A DNA stretch of 32,000 nt from Candidatus Thorarchaeota archaeon (lineage in GTDB: Archaea > Asgardarchaeota > Thorarchaeia > Thorarchaeales > Thorarchaeaceae): NCBI GenBank assembly GCA_008080745.1, contig SHMX01000008.1:1-32000 (forward strand). The letters are read 5' to 3'. Made by a program: the position numbers and the translations under genes. Under the pieces are notes generated by a model. That model ran no database searches. It saw only the letters and a list, made by a program, of their open reading frames with translations, and was not told the DNA's origin. Below are positions 27,488 through 32,000 of this stretch, piece after piece; position 1 is the first letter of the stretch; each line of letters starts with the position of its first letter.

Positions 27488-28714
27488 TCATTGATTTTCA
27501 ATTATGGGAAGCTTAATTTGGAACGTGCACCCACTGTTTTTCTCTCCCTCTTTCAATTGTATTGTTCCATTATGCGACTCGATTATTTTCTTACAGAGAT
27601 AAAGGCCTAAACCATGATGGTCCCCATTGGTAGTTATCCCCTTTTGGAACAACTCTGCTACAATTGAATCATCTATACCCGGTCCATTGTCACATATTTC
27701 TATTGTAACATATTCATCATTGTGTTTGAGATAAACGTCCACTTCAGGTTCTGGTCCACAATATTGCGAACAATTTCTTAGGAGATTTTCAAATACGTTG
27801 GGTAATAACCTACTGATGTATACTTCGACATCAGAAAAAGAATCTAGCATTTGAACATTAACCTTCATTGGACTATAGGCAATCTCCGCTCTTGTAGCTA
27901 TACTCTCTATCAAGTCAACAATGTCATTCTCTATCTCATCCTCTACCAATCGGAAAATCTGAATCAGACTTCTCATTCGATTGGAAGCAGCTATGGCTGA
28001 TTGAAGGTTTGCATATTCCTTTGTTTCCTGCTCACAGTAATTCTGGGCAAGTTCCATACGTCCAATTATTGTTTGTAAATCATTAGAAAGATCATGTGTG
28101 AGTAATGAGGTGTAGACTTCTTGTTCTGCTTTTTGCTCTGCAAGCTCCTCATTTGCCTCTTTGAGTTGATCAATACTATATCTTTGACTCCATGTTGTGA
28201 AGATAAGTAGAAATGCTATTACATAGGATATTCCAATTCCTTCAATAGCAATTCCCAAACTAATTCCAGGATGCAACTCAATAGCCGTTATCAATCCAAT
28301 TGCGTTTGTACTAATGATTACAAATTCTTCTTTTAATTTGAGTAGTTGACTTCCCAATAATGCAGTTAGGACAGGCCAAGAAAAGGTATGAAGTAACGCG
28401 GTCGTTTCATTCCAAGTCTGGTTAATAATGAGCATTAAATAGGGAATCGAAAAGGCAATACCAAGCCCAATAATTCCTGCTAATCTATTGTGTTCACTTC
28501 TACTAAGAAGATAAAGTCCAGCTAAAACGAAGGTTAATCCTGAATATATTGGAAATCCCTGTGTAGACTCACTTGTAATCTGTAAAATTGGAAATAATGT
28601 CGTAGCTATCAGGAGCGCCGTTGATACAAATCGAGCTCTGATTCTTTCAGCACCATCTGTAATTGATGGATGGGGTCTAGTAATCGCAAAAGGCAGATCA
28701 CGAATCTTAGTCAT
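27488..28714 (-). CDS. Membrane-bound sensor histidine kinase
   Basis: Six TM helices; THDLSNDLQ H-box, FENLLRN, DNGPGI and GLGLYL. Confidence 0.87.
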   Translation of the reverse strand: MTKIRDLPFAITRPHPSITDGAERIRARFVSTALLIATTLFPILQITSESTQGFPIYSGLTFVLAGLYLLSRSEHNRLAGIIGLGIAFSIPYLMLIINQTWNETTALLHTFSWPVLTALLGSQLLKLKEEFVIISTNAIGLITAIELHPGISLGIAIEGIGISYVIAFLLIFTTWSQRYSIDQLKEANEELAEQKAEQEVYTSLLTHDLSNDLQTIIGRMELAQNYCEQETKEYANLQSAIAASNRMRSLIQIFRLVEDEIENDIVDLIESIATRAEIAYSPMKVNVQMLDSFSDVEVYISRLLPNVFENLLRNCSQYCGPEPEVDVYLKHNDEYVTIEICDNGPGIDDSIVAELFQKGITTNGDHHGLGLYLCKKIIESHNGTIQLKEGEKNSGCTFQIKLPIIENQ

Positions 28715-29023
28715 CCACCCACCTAATACTTCCTCATTCAATTCATCCACGACCAAGTGGTGACGGGATATAGAATATTTCACATATACGCCTAAAAATC
28801 CATTGCAATATCAAATTCAAGGGGAAAATCTATCTTTTTTACGAGTTCATTGAATGAGGATAGGAACCATTGATATAGCTACAAATAATTTCACTCCTCT
28901 TGGGAATAAATAGTAATTTCATTTGTCTCACTTTTTAGCAAATAATAAATCCAAGTCTTCATTAGTTTCAAATACACATTTACTCAATTGTAATCTAAGA
29001 ATTCTCAACGATTGTGTTTGGTT

Positions 29024-31615
29024 ATGGTGGATGTTGGAATTATACGAATGGGTTTCAGAAATGCATTCAGAAGAAAGCGAATTACTATATTCACATTGGT
29101 TTCTATAATGATATCAGTTGGTTTGGTATATACCGCACTCTCCGCTAGCAGCAATCTCCAAGCAAATGCAAATCATTTCATACAGGAGTCATTCTCTCCC
29201 ATTGATCTAACAGTGGAAGGTAGCTATAATTCACCCGTTTCCCAAACCATGATGAGGGATATCCAAGGTTATCTAGAAGTTCAAAGAGCTATTCCGAGAA
29301 TAGAAGAGTGGGCATCAAACGAAAGCTTTGGAGGTGACGTCATCGTGTACATAGTTGCTATAGATATGGAACTTGAGCAACATATTGGTAGTCTGAACGC
29401 AACTAATGGCATTGTTGATCTATCTTCTGGTTGCTTCCTGACTCATGAGGCTGAAGAATTACTAAATCAATCCGTGGGTGATATTTTACAGCTACATACC
29501 ACTTCTGGTTTCTTCTTCCCAAAAGTTACTGGTGTTGGTTTTGCTTTTGATAAAGGTGTAATTGGTCCCGTTGTTTTCATATCTTTACAAACCGCATGGG
29601 AGTTATACCCCTATAAATATCCCAATAATGGTACAAACAAATTACTCATTGAACTTCACGACGTTTTCTTAACTGAAGCAGTATCAGGGCGTATCACCTT
29701 TACTTATGGTAGTGATTATCACATTACTAATCTCAAAGCATATCCCTTAAAGATTGCTAATAGCTTTCTAACCCAGACCCGTGCAATTCTATTTGGTCTT
29801 GTCCTCGCTTCGATTTTTATTGCTGGATTTCGAGTATTCTCCTCTTTTGCATCTATTTTTCAGAAACGAATGCATGAAACAGGAATTATGATGGCTTTTG
29901 GAGCTGATAATAGGACTATTCTAATCGCCTTATTCTCTGAAATTGGTCTGGTTGGGTTTATTGGGTCTATCCTCGGATGCACCTTTGGCGTTGGATTTGG
30001 AGCTTTTACATTGAATATGATCTCTCAAATGCAGACCATAATTTTTTCTGGTCCCTCAACAAGTCTCTTTTCTTTGGGATTTGTTGTCGACACCTATAGT
30101 GTCATGATCTCTATCATTCTTGGAATTGGTCTGACTCTTTTTGCTGGTTATTTTCCTGCGTTATCGACAACTAGACAATCAGTTTCAAAAAGTCTCTCTG
30201 GTGGAAATCCTTTTAGTAAATTAATCACTGATAATAAGCCCAAAAAAGAACTGAGGTTGGCCCATCTAATAATCACCATCGTGAGTTCGTTTATCATAGG
30301 ATTTGTTATCCTACAACTCTTATCAGATATTTTTCACTTGGGAATCGTTTCAGAAGATTCTATAAGATTGGCAGCAATACCTGGGTTTCTGGTTCTATTT
30401 GCTCTCCTCTCCCCGCGTATCTCAAATTCTAGTGGGATTCTCAAGATGTTAACCAAACGAAGCAAAGTTGTTATTCGATATTTATCCTCCAGAAATTCAC
30501 GACGCAATACGTTATCTTCTCTTGTGATTTTTAATCTTTTTTGCGCTGTTACTGTATTATTCATTGCATCTACGAATGTTGGTTTCATGGTCACGGAATC
30601 GTGGAAACAAAATATTGGATATCAAGCAACATCAGCTAATCTAGTGGCATATATGGATCCTCCAGTTGAAATGGATTTTCTAGATGCCGTTCAATCTTAC
30701 TCTGAAGTAAGAACAGCCGTACCTATGAATCAGGATTTATATCATTTTACAAGTCAAGCATCTAGTCTTACAGGGCTTTTGTTAGCAACAGAACCTACGG
30801 GTTTTGAACAGTTAGCATCATTAGCTATCCTTGAGTCTGTAAACGAATCTGCAGGTCTTGATATTCTACACATTTCAATGTCATGTGTTATTTCGGATGA
30901 TACCGCTCTTGAATTAGATGTTACTCTGGGCGATACAATTCGAACTCACAATAATTATACCCTCTCAGTAGTTGGTATTTGTTCGTCCTCCATCGCAATA
31001 TTTGTTGTATCAGTAATCAATCCATTGTTTGCTATTGTGGGGACTGAAACTTGGTCCACTATACAAGAGGAAGATTTCAAAATCGGAAGTCTCCTCATAG
31101 AATCTACCAATCCCTCAAATACATTAGACACTCTTTCTGATATTTCTGGAGTACATCCTGTTTTAGTGTCGAATATTCTCGCTGATTACGAAACTGCGTT
31201 GTTCACTGTAGAACAGATGATTAATTCCTCTCTGATTGCACTTCTTGCTGTGACTTTTGCCAGCGCTCTACTTAGCTCTTGGTCTCTAGCTGCTTCTCGA
31301 AGAAGAGAGATTGGGATGCTATCCGCCTTTGGGATGACACGTGAGGAGATTGCAAAAACTCTGACGGCTGAAAGCACTGTGGCATTTGTAGGTGGGGTAT
31401 TGGCAGGATGTGTAGCTGGTTATTTAGTCCAATTATCAATCTCCCGTATCATAATTAGAATCACTGGTGACCTTTTCATTCTCATATCACCTCTTGTCAT
31501 TTTTCTCATAATTTTCTCACTCATTGTGTCAATTCTTGGTTCATACCTCACAGTGGCAAGAGTGACAAGAGAGAATGTGGTATCTTTACTCAGGGAAGAA
31601 AGTAGAACTGACTGA
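29024..31615 (+). CDS. FtsX/MacB-like ABC transporter permease (two FtsX repeats)
   Basis: RNAFRRKRITIFT N-terminus; KRMHETGIMMAFGA and RRREIGMLSAFGM motifs. Confidence 0.88.
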   Translation: MVDVGIIRMGFRNAFRRKRITIFTLVSIMISVGLVYTALSASSNLQANANHFIQESFSPIDLTVEGSYNSPVSQTMMRDIQGYLEVQRAIPRIEEWASNESFGGDVIVYIVAIDMELEQHIGSLNATNGIVDLSSGCFLTHEAEELLNQSVGDILQLHTTSGFFFPKVTGVGFAFDKGVIGPVVFISLQTAWELYPYKYPNNGTNKLLIELHDVFLTEAVSGRITFTYGSDYHITNLKAYPLKIANSFLTQTRAILFGLVLASIFIAGFRVFSSFASIFQKRMHETGIMMAFGADNRTILIALFSEIGLVGFIGSILGCTFGVGFGAFTLNMISQMQTIIFSGPSTSLFSLGFVVDTYSVMISIILGIGLTLFAGYFPALSTTRQSVSKSLSGGNPFSKLITDNKPKKELRLAHLIITIVSSFIIGFVILQLLSDIFHLGIVSEDSIRLAAIPGFLVLFALLSPRISNSSGILKMLTKRSKVVIRYLSSRNSRRNTLSSLVIFNLFCAVTVLFIASTNVGFMVTESWKQNIGYQATSANLVAYMDPPVEMDFLDAVQSYSEVRTAVPMNQDLYHFTSQASSLTGLLLATEPTGFEQLASLAILESVNESAGLDILHISMSCVISDDTALELDVTLGDTIRTHNNYTLSVVGICSSSIAIFVVSVINPLFAIVGTETWSTIQEEDFKIGSLLIESTNPSNTLDTLSDISGVHPVLVSNILADYETALFTVEQMINSSLIALLAVTFASALLSSWSLAASRRREIGMLSAFGMTREEIAKTLTAESTVAFVGGVLAGCVAGYLVQLSISRIIIRITGDLFILISPLVIFLIIFSLIVSILGSYLTVARVTRENVVSLLREESRTD

Positions 31616-31713
31616 TTGTTTCCTCAGCTTCGTAATTACTGTAATCGATTGATTATGGATAAAATTCGGGAAGAATCCTTCTTCTTTTGAAAGAAGAATG
31701 GATTTGAAAATTT

Positions 31714-31732
31714 AAGAAAACTGAGTGCTCAG
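31714..31732 (-). terminator. Short hairpin plus U-tract closing the small-peptide array
   Basis: CTGAG-CA-CTCAG overlapping the last stop, followed by TTTTCTT on the minus strand. Confidence 0.45.
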
Positions 31733-31833
31733 GTTGCTTCCAACGCGAGCACTTCACTGAAAGTGAGTTCACCACTCTTGCTAGAGTCCTGGTGTGTGGG
31801 AGTCGATTGCTTATCTTGAACGCTGGAGTTCAT
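31729..31833 (-). CDS. Small peptide C, 34 aa (MNSSVQDKQSTPTHQDSSKSGELTFSEVLALEAT)
   Basis: ATG preceded by GGAGATGATC (9/10 match to GGAGGTGATC) overlapping the previous stop. Confidence 0.55.
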   Translation of the reverse strand: MNSSVQDKQSTPTHQDSSKSGELTFSEVLALEAT

Positions 31834-31838
31834 TGAGA

Positions 31839-31922
31839 TCATCTCCTGAAGTAAGCGTGGGTGATAGCCTTGGTCGAGGGGGACTTGGTGTCCTTGATGA
31901 TCTTGGTCTTGGATACTGCCAT
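31839..31922 (-). CDS. Small peptide B, 27 aa (MAVSKTKIIKDTKSPSTKAITHAYFRR)
   Basis: GGAGGTAATC SD 7 nt before ATG; all Lys=AAG, Ile=ATC, Thr=ACC; paralogous to peptide A. Confidence 0.75.
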   Translation of the reverse strand: MAVSKTKIIKDTKSPSTKAITHAYFRR

Positions 31923-31927
31923 TGAGA

Positions 31928-32000
31928 TTACCTCCAGTATGTGTAAGCATAGGACAGAGCCTTGGTGCTCTGAGTCTTACGGGTGTTGTTCTTCTTCTCG
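31928..32000 (-). CDS. Small peptide A, 5'-partial (...EKKNNTRKTQSTKALSYAYTYWR)
   Basis: Open frame from the window edge; shares STKA-x-x-[YH]-AY with peptide B and the same codon bias. Confidence 0.7.
   Translation of the reverse strand, partial: EKKNNTRKTQSTKALSYAYTYWR

Noticed and set aside
31729-31950. 73-aa ORF from the track (MLTHTGG...)
   Set aside because: Shadow frame over peptides A and B; only its last 34 codons (peptide C) have an SD.
1-32000. Short antisense or overlapping ORFs in the track; CRISPR array; IS elements; rRNA
   Set aside because: The short ORFs lie opposite or inside well-supported genes. No regularly spaced repeats, transposase motifs, terminal inverted repeats or rRNA signatures were found.

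Overview
A gene-dense, AT-rich prokaryotic window with archaeal-type Shine-Dalgarno motifs. A membrane protein with a longin-like C-terminus, FG-GAP-like and tandem DUF4139 proteins suggest an Asgard archaeon, possibly Thorarchaeia-like (inference only). Most of the window is ordinary metabolism: CoA-disulfide reductase/NADH oxidase, macrodomain, Nudix, rubrerythrin, FprA, a beta-ureidopropionase-like hydrolase, an atypical transcarbamylase, two orphan OppD-like ATPases, a DUF362 Fe-S protein, two sensor kinases, MFS, amidohydrolase, class I GAPDH, M20 peptidase, DsrE-like, two DUF4139/MuiA paralogs and an FtsX-like permease. Two signals are missed by the ORF track. (1) Two GC-rich intergenic elements (about 11044-11273 and 13654-13924) share colinear motifs and compensated helices and look like two copies of an unannotated 230-320 nt structured RNA; copy 2 also has a group I intron-like core. 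(2) At the right edge, a tandem array of tiny, translationally coupled, paralogous Lys-rich peptides with aromatic C-termini, strong SD sites and strong codon bias resembles a RiPP precursor array and runs off the window. No rRNA, tRNA, CRISPR array or transposase was recognised. All family calls come from motif recognition; no searches were run.
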